A stretch of 64,000 nt of DNA from Cyanobacteriota bacterium (GCA_046045965.1 JBJOKS010000001.1:32001-96000); one strand, 5' to 3'. Positions 9,702 through 18,777 are shown, counted from the first letter of the stretch. A program made the numbers and translations. The notes: generated by a model not told the origin, from the letters alone.

Positions 9702-11432
9702 TTACTTAATTACTAATTTTTTATTTACCTGCAACCAAATTTCCAAACTAACCAATAACCATAGTTTAACACCATATCTTCCCCAAATATCACCTTTAAA
9801 ATCTAACCAATTTCGCAATATTTCCTGATTAATATAAGCTGCAATCTCACTATTTCTATTTAACAACAATTTCCGCGCTTCTTTTTGCCAATATTTCCTA
9901 AATCCTAATTGTACAGGAACCATCATCCCACTTTTAGGACGATGAATAATGCTATCTGGTAAAATATCATTCACTGCTTTTTTCAAAACTGCTTTTTCTT
10001 CCACTCCTGAAAGTTTATATTCTGGAGGAATTTGCATACTAAAATCAACTACTCGCTGATCAAATAACGGTGATAAACCCTGTAAACCTGCTGCTTGGGT
10101 TAAGTTATTGACCTTTGTTAAAATCTGATCAGCACCTTTAAATTTAATATTCAATGTCATTAATCTATTTAAATAATTAACGTCTGCATTTAAATCATCG
10201 TAAAATACAGAAGTTTCGTTTTTCAAACTTTGGTAAATCTGTGGTTTTAAAAGTTGTTCTAAATCTAAAGCACACTTTTGAAAAGAAATTAAATAAGCTT
10301 TTAAAGAATCTTGATTATTAATAGAACCATATAAACTATTAATCAACATCGGTTGATTTTTGGGACCACCAAAACAAGGATCTCCACCTTCTCCATTTAG
10401 TGTAGTCTCTACGTTTTCCCGTGCTAATTTGCCTATTAATAAATTTGGTACTGTTAAAGGATCACCTATCGGATCATCTAAATACAACATCGTTTCTGGA
10501 AGACGTTCCCACATATCCCGAAATGTGATTTCTAAAATGTGATGTTGTGTTTGACAATGTTGGGCAACCAAACTAGAAAATTCTAATTCATTTGCTGTTT
10601 CTGTACCAAAATGAATAGAATAAGTGTGAACTGGTGCATTATGCAATTGTGCTGCTAATGCTGTAATGCTGCTAGAGTCTAAACCACCAGAAAGGAATAC
10701 ACCAACGGGTTGATTTTCGGGTAAATATTCTTTGACAACTTGCTCAAGTAAAGCGCGTAATTTCTCGCTATACCATTCTAAAGGTTGATTTTTATCTATA
10801 ACTTGTTCTTGGAGTTGCCAATAATGGTAAACTTTGTTTGATGGCATTTCTAGAAATGTTCCTGGACGCATTTCTCGGATATCCTTCCAAAGTGTTCTTT
10901 CTCCTGGAACAAATGCACAACACAGATAATCCCGCAATGCAATTAAATCTAAATCATTGTTTCTATAAGGTGCAAGGGTGGTTAATTTAGGGGCAATCCA
11001 ACAAGTTGAACCATTAGCAGTATAATATAAAGTCCTACTACCAATGGCATCTCTGACTAAATATAATACTTGCTGTTCTCTATCCCAAACCACTAACCCA
11101 AAAATTCCCATCAAAAGGGTTAAAGATTCAGAGTTGTATTTTTCCCAAAGTTGTGCAATTATTTGTTGATTACTAATATTTTCATTAATATGAATTGCCA
11201 ATTTTTGCAGGAGTTCTAAACGATTACTTAACCATATATCACCAACTACTACAAATCTTTTTGTAGGACTAAAGGCAAAGTTCTCTGGTACAGAAATAAC
11301 TGCAAATTGCTCATCTTTCCAGATTACATCTTCTGTTAAATTATCTAACTTTCCATAAGCTACACACCAACTAGGAATCACTTCAATATTGGAAATGGTA
11401 GATTTAGGAGTGGGAAAAAGATTAAAAAACAT
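9702..11432 (-). CDS. Second asparagine synthetase-like amide ligase (no N-terminal glutaminase Cys)
   Basis: LVRDAIGSRTLYY, FLSGGLDSS, GEGGDPCFGG, EKAVLKKA, RPKSGMMVP; no MCG N-terminus. Confidence 0.85.
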   Translation of the reverse strand: MFFNLFPTPKSTISNIEVIPSWCVAYGKLDNLTEDVIWKDEQFAVISVPENFAFSPTKRFVVVGDIWLSNRLELLQKLAIHINENISNQQIIAQLWEKYNSESLTLLMGIFGLVVWDREQQVLYLVRDAIGSRTLYYTANGSTCWIAPKLTTLAPYRNNDLDLIALRDYLCCAFVPGERTLWKDIREMRPGTFLEMPSNKVYHYWQLQEQVIDKNQPLEWYSEKLRALLEQVVKEYLPENQPVGVFLSGGLDSSSITALAAQLHNAPVHTYSIHFGTETANELEFSSLVAQHCQTQHHILEITFRDMWERLPETMLYLDDPIGDPLTVPNLLIGKLARENVETTLNGEGGDPCFGGPKNQPMLINSLYGSINNQDSLKAYLISFQKCALDLEQLLKPQIYQSLKNETSVFYDDLNADVNYLNRLMTLNIKFKGADQILTKVNNLTQAAGLQGLSPLFDQRVVDFSMQIPPEYKLSGVEEKAVLKKAVNDILPDSIIHRPKSGMMVPVQLGFRKYWQKEARKLLLNRNSEIAAYINQEILRNWLDFKGDIWGRYGVKLWLLVSLEIWLQVNKKLVIK

Positions 11433-11445
11433 GAAGAACGAATAA

Positions 11446-12126
11446 ATGATTTACACAATTTTAGTACCCCAAGGAGCAGAATACCAAGCCGTCTGTCGCG
11501 GTTTAAGTCGTGTTAGAGTTTCTCAATCACAGGTGATAGCTGTTCCCCTGGGTATGCAACCACTGTATCAATTCTTAGAAAAAAATTGCCAACATTTAAA
11601 TCAACTCAATCAAAGAGTGCTACTGATGGGTTTATGTGGGAGCTTAAATCAGCGTTACAGCGTTGGTGATATTGTCATCTATGAAGATTGTGTTTATCAA
11701 GAAAATCTGCGAGAGTGCGATGGTAACTTTACCACAGAGATACATCATCAGCTTGGGGATAAGGTATCTTTTGTTAAGGGATTAACGAGCGATCGCGTGA
11801 TATCCTTAGCAGAAGAAAAACGGAATTTACATCAAAAATCTGGCGTTGATGTTGTCGATATGGAAGGATTCGCGTTTCTAGAATTTTTCCAGCAACTTGG
11901 GGTATCAACAGCAATGTTACGAGTCGTCAGCGATGATGCTCTCCATGATATACCAGACCTCACAACAGCCATCAACGCCGATGGTTCACTCCAACCTTTA
12001 CCCCTGACCTTAGCATTAATCCGCCAACCCCTGGCTGCTACTTGGCTAATTCGCGGTTCCTTACAGGGACTCAAAATATTAGAAACAGTAGCTTACTGTT
12101 TAGCCAGTCCGCAAACTAGGAGCTAG
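11446..12126 (+). CDS. Nucleoside phosphorylase-fold protein (PNP/UDP/MTA-SAH nucleosidase family)
   Basis: LLMGLCGSL..VGD, VDMEG, LRVVSDD motifs. Confidence 0.8.
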   Translation: MIYTILVPQGAEYQAVCRGLSRVRVSQSQVIAVPLGMQPLYQFLEKNCQHLNQLNQRVLLMGLCGSLNQRYSVGDIVIYEDCVYQENLRECDGNFTTEIHHQLGDKVSFVKGLTSDRVISLAEEKRNLHQKSGVDVVDMEGFAFLEFFQQLGVSTAMLRVVSDDALHDIPDLTTAINADGSLQPLPLTLALIRQPLAATWLIRGSLQGLKILETVAYCLASPQTRS

Positions 12127-12157
12127 ATCCCCGACTTCTTGGAAAAGTCCGGGATCT
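12125..12157. repeat. Small dispersed palindromic repeat AGATCCCCGACTT...GGGATCT
   Basis: Related copies at 24966-24998 and 36471-36502. Confidence 0.7.
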
Positions 12158-12178
12158 GGGTATTACACAACTTCAAGC

Positions 12179-12415
12179 TTAAATCGCCGCTTCTTCCCGT
12201 TGAGAATCAAAGAACATCTCGAAAGAACCATCAGGTACGATTTGGCGCAAGTGCTGAATATAACCATCTGCATCTGACCGACTACGGAATCTGGCAACAA
12301 TCACACGCTCTTGATCCGCAACCACACGAGCTATAGCCCAACCATTCAGCCGATTTCTATAAGAAATTGCCTGATTTGTTGATTTGGTATCTTTGTAATC
12401 TGTGTTTTGTGGCAT
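12179..12415 (-). CDS. Small cyanobacterial hypothetical protein
   Basis: W..AR...VARFRSRSDADGY..L motif; start placed at MPQNT. Confidence 0.6.
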   Translation of the reverse strand: MPQNTDYKDTKSTNQAISYRNRLNGWAIARVVADQERVIVARFRSRSDADGYIQHLRQIVPDGSFEMFFDSQREEAAI

Positions 12416-12804
12416 GATTATATTATCCGTATGAATTTGATTGATTGGCGTTGGTGCGTCTCTTAGGGGGGATAGCACTAGCGCCTTTAATTGATGATGC
12501 CACCTTGTTATTACATAATTCTTGGATTGTCAATACTTAGTGCAACAAATTTGTTTTCCTCAGCAATAAAACTGAGATGAATAGAGTTTACAGAATTGTC
12601 AGGATACACAAAGTAATTTCACTAAAACAGTGCTGAATATTTTGTAAATAAAACCACATCTATTTTAGTAAAAAAATTACATCATACTTAAATATTAATT
12701 GGTCAATCAATATAGCATTCTTTAATGATATGTGAGAGAATATGGTGCGTATTCTTCCTTACCTATTGCTAAGAGTAAGTTGACAAATCGAACAGGAATG
12801 CTAT

Positions 12805-13791
12805 ATGAGATTAACTACATCAATTTTGCAGAAAGTAGCTAGAGAAATGGGTGCTACTGTTTTAATAGAACCTGAATATGAACTAATTGGACATATTACA
12901 TTTCCCAACGGGAAAAAAACCGTTTTTGATAATACTAGACTTAATATTAACGGGTTTGGTTCTGCAAATTTAGCTCAAGATAAAGGCTTCTCTAATTATT
13001 TTTTGCAGCAACTTGGTTACCGAGTTACAGAAGGAAAAACATTTTTCAATGAGAAAATGTGTGCAAAAATAGCCAACCCTAGAAATATCCATGATGGTTG
13101 GGATTACGCCCAGCAATTAGGATTACCTGTAATTGTTAAGCCGTTAAATCTCAGTTTAGGAATCTTAGTTACCAAGGTATATGAAAAATCCGAATATTAT
13201 GAAGTAGGAGAAAAAATTTTTCAGATTCATTCTGGCTTAATAGTAGAAAGATTTTATAGCGGTAATGACTTTAGAATCCTAGCATTAGATAATGAAATAA
13301 TTGCTGCTTATCAAAGAATCCCTTTATCTGTAACTGGTGATGGTAATTCTACTATTTTGGAATTACTGCAAAGCAAACGCGAAGAATTAATCAAAACTGG
13401 TGAAAAGATATTAATTGATTTAGAAGATTTTCGCATTATTCAAAAATTAAACAAACAAAATCTCACTTTTAATAGTGTACTTGCCAAAGATACTAGAGTT
13501 TATCTTTTAGATAATGCTAATCTATCTACTGGAGGTGATTCAGTAGATTTGACTGATAAAATTCATCCTGATTTTCAGAAATTAGCGATTAATATTACTA
13601 AAGATATGGGTTTGAGACTAGCAGGTGTAGATATCCTCACCAATGATATTACTCAACCATTGCTAGATTATACTCTGTTGGAAATTAATAGCGCCCCTGG
13701 TTTAGCTCATTATGCTTTCCTTGGTGAGATGCAAATACAGAAAGTAGAAGATTTATATCGCAAAATTTTGCAAGCATTAGAAAAAGAATAA
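12805..13791 (+). CDS. Stand-alone ATP-grasp ligase, cyanophycin synthetase N-domain-like
   Basis: PVIVKP, DFRIL, ANLSTGG, AGVDIL, LLEINSAPG motifs; no Mur-ligase domains. Confidence 0.8.
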   Translation: MRLTTSILQKVAREMGATVLIEPEYELIGHITFPNGKKTVFDNTRLNINGFGSANLAQDKGFSNYFLQQLGYRVTEGKTFFNEKMCAKIANPRNIHDGWDYAQQLGLPVIVKPLNLSLGILVTKVYEKSEYYEVGEKIFQIHSGLIVERFYSGNDFRILALDNEIIAAYQRIPLSVTGDGNSTILELLQSKREELIKTGEKILIDLEDFRIIQKLNKQNLTFNSVLAKDTRVYLLDNANLSTGGDSVDLTDKIHPDFQKLAINITKDMGLRLAGVDILTNDITQPLLDYTLLEINSAPGLAHYAFLGEMQIQKVEDLYRKILQALEKE

Positions 13792-13800
13792 ATTTGGGAA

Positions 13801-13930
13801 TAAGTAAGTAGGCACGAAAAAACCAAGCAAGTACAAAAATGTAAAATGGCTAAAAACCTCTTCCCTCCAGCATAGCTGCCCCCTGCCTCCTGCCTTGCCC
13901 TAACGACAATTTTTAACGCCTACCTACTTA
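13801..13930. mobile_element. MITE-like element, copy 1
   Basis: 130 bp with imperfect terminal inverted repeats TAAGTAAGTAGGCAC / GCCTACCTACTTA; near-identical inverted copy at 14749-14879. Confidence 0.75.
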
Positions 13931-13967
13931 ATTCAGGAGTCAGGAGTTTTGACTCCTTGCATTTAGC

Positions 13968-14318
13968 TCACCAATTTTTACCTAATAGAGATTCAAATTC
14001 TGCTTGTAACGCTTTCATATCTGCCACTCTAGCCACTATCAAATTATCTCTTCCAGCATCTTTTAACCTGGTTTTCCAATATTGAATACTTTCTGCATTG
14101 TTTAACCAAAACTCAATCACAGTATCTACTACTTGATCTAAATTCCAACCTCCAGTTGGTGGAACTGATTCCACAGATTCTAGAAACGCATCTAGTGTAC
14201 AAGTCTGGGTTCCCAAATATTCCACACGTTGGGGCTGAGGTTTTTGCATATTTTGTTGTTGGTGATCGAAAAAGTACAAAACTGGAGATACTCCTACAAT
14301 GTCGAAAGTATATTCCAT
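13968..14318 (-). CDS. Cyanobacterial hypothetical protein (116 aa)
   Basis: Clean ORF with GGAGG RBS upstream of the ATG. Confidence 0.75.
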   Translation of the reverse strand: MEYTFDIVGVSPVLYFFDHQQQNMQKPQPQRVEYLGTQTCTLDAFLESVESVPPTGGWNLDQVVDTVIEFWLNNAESIQYWKTRLKDAGRDNLIVARVADMKALQAEFESLLGKNW

Positions 14319-14548
14319 TTAGTCCTCCAAATCAGTTGTCGGTGGGATAAGGTAAGAGGCAGGATTTTGAATTTATTTTTCCCCTATTCCCTATGTCCTA
14401 TTCCCTGTTTTGATGATTAAGTGTGGCAGGGGAGATACAGGCTATTAAAAATAAAATATGATTGCTATGTATTCAAATATAACTACAAAAACTGAGAATT
14501 ACAACCTCAATGACAGGTTTTTTAAATTCTGCAAAATTTATTTATAAT

Positions 14549-14575
14549 TTAGCACTTGTTGACTAAGAGTGCTAA
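14549..14575. promoter_or_regulatory. CIRCE element (HrcA operator)
   Basis: TTAGCACTT-N9-GAGTGCTAA, one mismatch to TTAGCACTC-N9-GAGTGCTAA. Confidence 0.8.
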
Positions 14576-14650
14576 TTTTTAGGCAATTTTTTGATGTATT
14601 ATCAAATAGTTTCCAGCCTTAATTAAGGAGTGGAGATGATTTTTAATAGT

Positions 14651-14743
14651 TTTTTAACTTACCTTTGGGGGTGAAAGTCCCCGGCTTCTACAAGCAGCGG
14701 GTTTTGCGTCGGGGTAAAATCCCCGTTGCAAAACGTAATTCTA
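14651..14743. repeat. Hairpin-containing dispersed repeat, long copy
   Basis: TTTTTAACTTACCTTTGGGGGT...CCCCGTTGCAAAACGTAATTCTA; shorter direct copy at 15454-15503. Confidence 0.75.
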
Positions 14744-14748
14744 CATTC

Positions 14749-14879
14749 TAAGTAGGTAGGCGTTAAAAATTGTCGTTATGACAAGGCAGGAGGCAGGAGG
14801 CAGCTATGCTGGAGGGAAGAGGTTTTTAGCAATTTTACATTTTTTTACATACCTTGGTTTTTTCGTGCCGACTTACTTA
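14749..14879. mobile_element. MITE-like element, copy 2 (inverted relative to copy 1)
   Basis: Reverse complement of 13801-13930 with scattered mismatches; TA at both ends. Confidence 0.75.
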
Positions 14880-14934
14880 AATTCTAAATTCTTCATTCTT
14901 TTAACACTGACTACTGATAACTGAATATCAGCAA

Positions 14935-15438
14935 CTAGGGGCAAAACAAAGTATCCCGTGTATCCCTACCCGTTACAGGATTAGTACCTTTAGCCAGCTT
15001 GCATAATTTTTTTTGCTCATCTGGACGCAGCAGCGCATCAGTAAAATCTGCACCATCAACTATCGCACCATCAAATTTAGCACTAGCAGCAAACGCACCT
15101 TCTAAAACTGCATTGGTTAAATTTGCTTTAATCAGACGTGCAGAATCCAAGGTAGCATTAGTAAGATCAGCCCCGGTCAAGTTCGCTGACTCTAGATTTG
15201 CCGCAAAGAAGCTCACACCACGCAAGTTAGCACCACTGAAATTGCTCTGACGAAGATTAGCTTTAGTAAAGCTAGAGTCTGTTAAATCACGTCCAGAAAA
15301 ATCTGCTTCAATCAAGATTTCTTTGTTGTATTCTAGTGCCAAAGCCGTTGATGCTAAACCTACTAATGCTGTTATGGGAACAACAGCCCAAAGCAGTAAA
15401 CTGAGTATGAGTGAGAAAAATTGATACTTAGGATTCAT
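14935..15438 (-). CDS. Exported pentapeptide repeat protein
   Basis: Signal peptide, A(N/D)LxG repeats, C-terminal LC...[17 protein letters not shown]. Confidence 0.9.
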   Translation of the reverse strand: MNPKYQFFSLILSLLLWAVVPITALVGLASTALALEYNKEILIEADFSGRDLTDSSFTKANLRQSNFSGANLRGVSFFAANLESANLTGADLTNATLDSARLIKANLTNAVLEGAFAASAKFDGAIVDGADFTDALLRPDEQKKLCKLAKGTNPVTGRDTRDTLFCP

Positions 15439-15453
15439 GGTATTTTTTGAGTA

Positions 15454-15503
15454 TTTTTAACTTACCTTTGGGGGTAAAATCCCCGTTGCAAAACGTAATT
15501 CTA
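15454..15503. repeat. Hairpin-containing dispersed repeat, short copy
   Basis: Matches both ends of 14651-14743 with the internal segment absent. Confidence 0.75.
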
Positions 15504-15537
15504 AATTCTAAATTCTAAATTCTGCATTCTGTTAATC

Positions 15538-16047
15538 ATGGCTAAACCTCCTCCATCTAATTATGCTGATATCGGTGACTTAGGAGAAGACCTAGTAGCA
15601 CAATGGTTAAAATCTACAGGTTGGGAAATTCTGCACCGTCGCTTTTCTTGTCGCTGGGGAGAAATTGATATTATTGCCCAGTATCACGATATAAAAGCAA
15701 CAGCAAACCCGCAAACCGTCAATCATCAAAACTCAATACTGGCATTTGTAGAGGTGAAAACTCGCAGTATAGGTAGTTGGGATGCAGGAGGAAGAAATGC
15801 TATCACCCCACAAAAGCAAGCAAAACTCTGTAGCACTGCTGAAATATTTTTAGCTCAGTATCCTGAAAAAGCTGATTACCCATGTCGCTTTGATGTAGCT
15901 ATTGTCTTTTCTCAACGCTTGTCAAAAAACCTGGATGGGGCGATTGTTACCCCAGAATACCTTGCTAGTTTATCAATAGATGGGTATAATTTGAAGCTGC
16001 TTGAATACATCCCAGCAGCTTTTGATATGTCAATCATAAATTGGTAA
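15538..16047 (+). CDS. YraN family (UPF0102) putative nuclease
   Basis: GEDLVAQWL, GEIDIIA, FVEVKTR, RFDVA motifs. Confidence 0.9.
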   Translation: MAKPPPSNYADIGDLGEDLVAQWLKSTGWEILHRRFSCRWGEIDIIAQYHDIKATANPQTVNHQNSILAFVEVKTRSIGSWDAGGRNAITPQKQAKLCSTAEIFLAQYPEKADYPCRFDVAIVFSQRLSKNLDGAIVTPEYLASLSIDGYNLKLLEYIPAAFDMSIINW

Positions 16048-16132
16048 TTGGTCAGTAGTCAGTAGTCAGTAGTCAGTAGTTGTTGAAAATTATTTACGCT
16101 GCTCTCTGTCACCTATCACCTATCACCTATTT

Positions 16133-16522
16133 TCAAGCTAAAGTTTCTGGACAATAGCCCAAACCTCGGACAAATTGTTGCCGGAATGCTTCGATTTCCT
16201 CTTTTTCTGGACTGCCATGAGATACAATAGCTACTTGGTAGCGGCGCATCACATCCACGGGATACTGTCCCGCTTCCAAGCTCCAAAGTGCCATTTGTAC
16301 CCTCATGGGTGGCTCATAACTAATTCCTAATTCATTGAAGAAAGCTCGAAAATCACCATCTTCTTGGGCTGAAATTGGATCTCTCAGTTTTATTCTTACT
16401 ACCCAACCATCTATTTGATGAATTACGGTGATGAAGGAAACAGGAGTTTGGGGTCGGTTGTGCAGGTGTTGAACGACCCTGAGCGTTAGACTAGCATTTG
16501 CCAGGTAATATAAATATTCCAT
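16133..16522 (-). CDS. Conserved cyanobacterial hypothetical protein
   Basis: ORF; likely start MEYLYYLANASLTLRV. Confidence 0.7.
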   Translation of the reverse strand: MEYLYYLANASLTLRVVQHLHNRPQTPVSFITVIHQIDGWVVRIKLRDPISAQEDGDFRAFFNELGISYEPPMRVQMALWSLEAGQYPVDVMRRYQVAIVSHGSPEKEEIEAFRQQFVRGLGYCPETLA

Positions 16523-16745
16523 AATGGTGTTTGGGATCAAATCCAATCCTACATTTATATCTTCCTGGATCAAGGATAGTTCCCGGTAGGGTAAAAGTCC
16601 CCGTTTTTGTATGGGGAGATTTACCCAATTTTAGTGATTGGGGAAGAAGTGATAGGTGATTGGGAAAATTTATTACCCGTTACCTGTTACCCGTTACCTG
16701 TTCCCTGTCTCAACCAGTGAATTTCATTTTGTCCGACTACTTCTT

Positions 16746-17160
16746 ATGACTCGCTTTATACACGATTAATGCGCTCAACAATATCTCACAGAACTATTAA
16801 CACCTTACGGAGAAGTAGAAACCAGCAAAGATATCACCGCCGAAGTCAGACAAATTGACGTATTATTTATACCCTCACTCCCAACTACACAAAGTCTAGA
16901 AACATTGGGATTACTAGGAAAAATGGCTACAAATTATGCCATCTTTGAACCATTCCGTAACAATACTGTTCGGTTAAGAGTTTTCGTAGGTTGGGTTGAA
17001 CAAAGTGAAACCCAACAAACCCTTGTAAATGTTGGGTTTCCTATCGTCAACCCAACCTACATCTACAAATTATGCCATCTTTGAACCATTCCGTAACCCT
17101 GTCAGTAGGAGTGAAATTTGCAGTTTTATGGGTAAACTATTTGACGTTCATGCAGACGGG
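16746..17160 (+). pseudogene. Degraded Rpn/PD-(D/E)XK-like protein gene (MTRFIHD... family)
   Basis: MTRFIHD*...EVRQIDVLF...IFEPFRN; stop at codon 8, interrupted by an insertion at 16962-17062, 3' truncated. Confidence 0.7.
16962..17062. repeat. REP-like palindromic insertion flanked by 35-bp direct repeats
   Basis: GTAGGTTGGGTTGA...TCAACCCAACCTAC nested palindrome; identical 35-mers at 16927-16961 and 17063-17097. Confidence 0.8.
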
Positions 17161-17213
17161 AGCAACGCGATTTTGTGAAGTCGGGTTGCTCCCATTCACA
17201 ATTACTAACTTAC

Positions 17214-17708
17214 TTATTCCTGTTCGAGTAACATAAGAAGCTTCCGCAGCATGGGGATGAATAGTTGCAATTCATCAGCCGTGAATTGAGATAACAGTTG
17301 TTTCTCTTTCTCAAACAGAATAGGCATCACAGTATCCGCAAGCTGTATTCCTTTGGGAGTCAGTTGCACCATTACGCTGCGCCGATCCTCAGCATCACGG
17401 ACACGGGTTACTATCTCATCTTGTTCTAGGCGGTCAATCCGGTTTGTCATTGCGCCTGAAGACAGCATGAGCAAACTATAGAGTTCAGTAGGTTTCAAGC
17501 AAAAAGGTTGTCCCTGTCGTCGCAGTGTGGCTAACACATCAAATGACCACACGTTTAAGCCATAGTCAACCAGTATACTTTCTCGGTGCTTTTCCAGAAG
17601 CCGGGCTATTCGTAGTACCCGCCCAATTATCCCTATGGCTGAGGTATCCAACTGCGGCAATTCCTGTTGCCATTGCTCAAGAATGATGTCAATTCGATCT
17701 TTGTTCAT
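17214..17708 (-). CDS. MarR family regulator (UrtR/PecS-like)
   Basis: WQQELPQLD, FDVLATLRR, SSGAMTNRIDRLE, DRRSVMVQLT. Confidence 0.9.
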   Translation of the reverse strand: MNKDRIDIILEQWQQELPQLDTSAIGIIGRVLRIARLLEKHRESILVDYGLNVWSFDVLATLRRQGQPFCLKPTELYSLLMLSSGAMTNRIDRLEQDEIVTRVRDAEDRRSVMVQLTPKGIQLADTVMPILFEKEKQLLSQFTADELQLFIPMLRKLLMLLEQE

Positions 17709-17718
17709 ATTCCTATTT

Positions 17719-17778
17719 TATCTTGACATGAAGATTCTTGACATTTATCTTTATCTAAAGTATCTTGATATCAAGATA
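17719..17778. promoter_or_regulatory. Putative MarR operators in divergent promoter
   Basis: Perfect palindrome TATCTTGATATCAAGATA (17761-17778) and near copy TATCTTGACATGAAGATT (17719-17736). Confidence 0.7.
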
Positions 17779-17779
17779 T

Positions 17780-18283
17780 ATGTTCACAACCATGACACCC
17801 ATACGTTTAGGTCTTCAGGGATCTGTCCCTAATGGTCAAAGCTACTTATATGTGCTGCTGGCATTGGTAAATGGTGCTATGTTGCCGATTCAAAGCAATC
17901 TCAATGCTCAATTAGCGCGATCGCTCAATTCTGTACCCCTAGCCGCAGATATTTCTTACCTTGTCGGTTCAATTGCGTTGATTAGTTTGTTATGCACAGG
18001 TTGGTTTGGTCATCCAGATTGGTCTGCTTTAGCCAAAGCTCCCCGATGGACTCTGATGGGTGGTTTATTCGGAGTTTGGTATATTACCGCCAGTGCTTAC
18101 TTCACCTCTATTTTGGGGACTACCTTGACTCAGGGGCTAATTATATGTGGACAAGCGATTACTGGTTTGGTGACTGACCATTTTGGCTGGTTAGGAGTTA
18201 ACCGCCGTCGCCTCACAGCTAATCGTCGCCTGGTTCTGGGACTGTTAATTGTGGCAATTTTTCTACTTTCGCTACCAACTTAA
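17780..18283 (+). CDS. DMT family transporter (YdcZ/DUF606-like), subunit 1
   Basis: GAMLPIQSNLNAQL, WTLMGGLFG, DHFGWLG motifs; start uncertain (17780 or 17792). Confidence 0.8.
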   Translation: MFTTMTPIRLGLQGSVPNGQSYLYVLLALVNGAMLPIQSNLNAQLARSLNSVPLAADISYLVGSIALISLLCTGWFGHPDWSALAKAPRWTLMGGLFGVWYITASAYFTSILGTTLTQGLIICGQAITGLVTDHFGWLGVNRRRLTANRRLVLGLLIVAIFLLSLPT

Positions 18284-18303
18284 TACTTTTCAGTATCATC
18301 ATT

Positions 18304-18777
18304 ATGGATATTTTATTAGCATTGCTTGGTGCTGGTTCGGCTGGTGGTTTTTCAACAATTGGTACAGCCGTCAATGCTCAATTAAAAACAATACTCCACT
18401 CTCCAATAGCAGCAGCAACAATTAATTTCTTGGTTGGGTTTAGTATCCTCACCGTGTTGTTAGCATTTGGTATTTTCAAATCCTACAATCTGGAATTAAT
18501 AGCCATTACGCCCTGGTGGGCATTTTTAGGTGGTTTGCTAGGTGCAATCTTCGTAACTTTAAGTACCTTAATAGTTCCTAAATTGGGTTTAACTACAACT
18601 ACTTTAGTTGTTGTATTTAGCCAAATGTTTATGTCAATGGTAATTGATCAGTTGGGATGGTTCGGTGCTATTAAATATCCGATTACTACACCCAAGATAT
18701 TAGGAATCGCCACATTAGTAATAGCGATTATAATTAATCAATTGGACAGGAACTATTCTCATAAAAACGTCAATTAA
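18304..18777 (+). CDS. DMT family transporter (YdcZ/DUF606-like), subunit 2
   Basis: VNAQL, PWWAFLGGLLG, DQLGWFG motifs. Confidence 0.85.
   Translation: MDILLALLGAGSAGGFSTIGTAVNAQLKTILHSPIAAATINFLVGFSILTVLLAFGIFKSYNLELIAITPWWAFLGGLLGAIFVTLSTLIVPKLGLTTTTLVVVFSQMFMSMVIDQLGWFGAIKYPITTPKILGIATLVIAIIINQLDRNYSHKNVN

Noticed and set aside
4978..11432. Lasso peptide cluster (AsnB-like cyclases)
   Set aside because: No PqqD/RRE protein, transglutaminase-like peptidase or convincing precursor ORF seen nearby
16589..16626. Inverted repeat GGGTAAA..TCCCC/GGGGA..TTTACCC upstream of a hypothetical gene
   Set aside because: Real palindrome, but I cannot tell operator from repeat remnant
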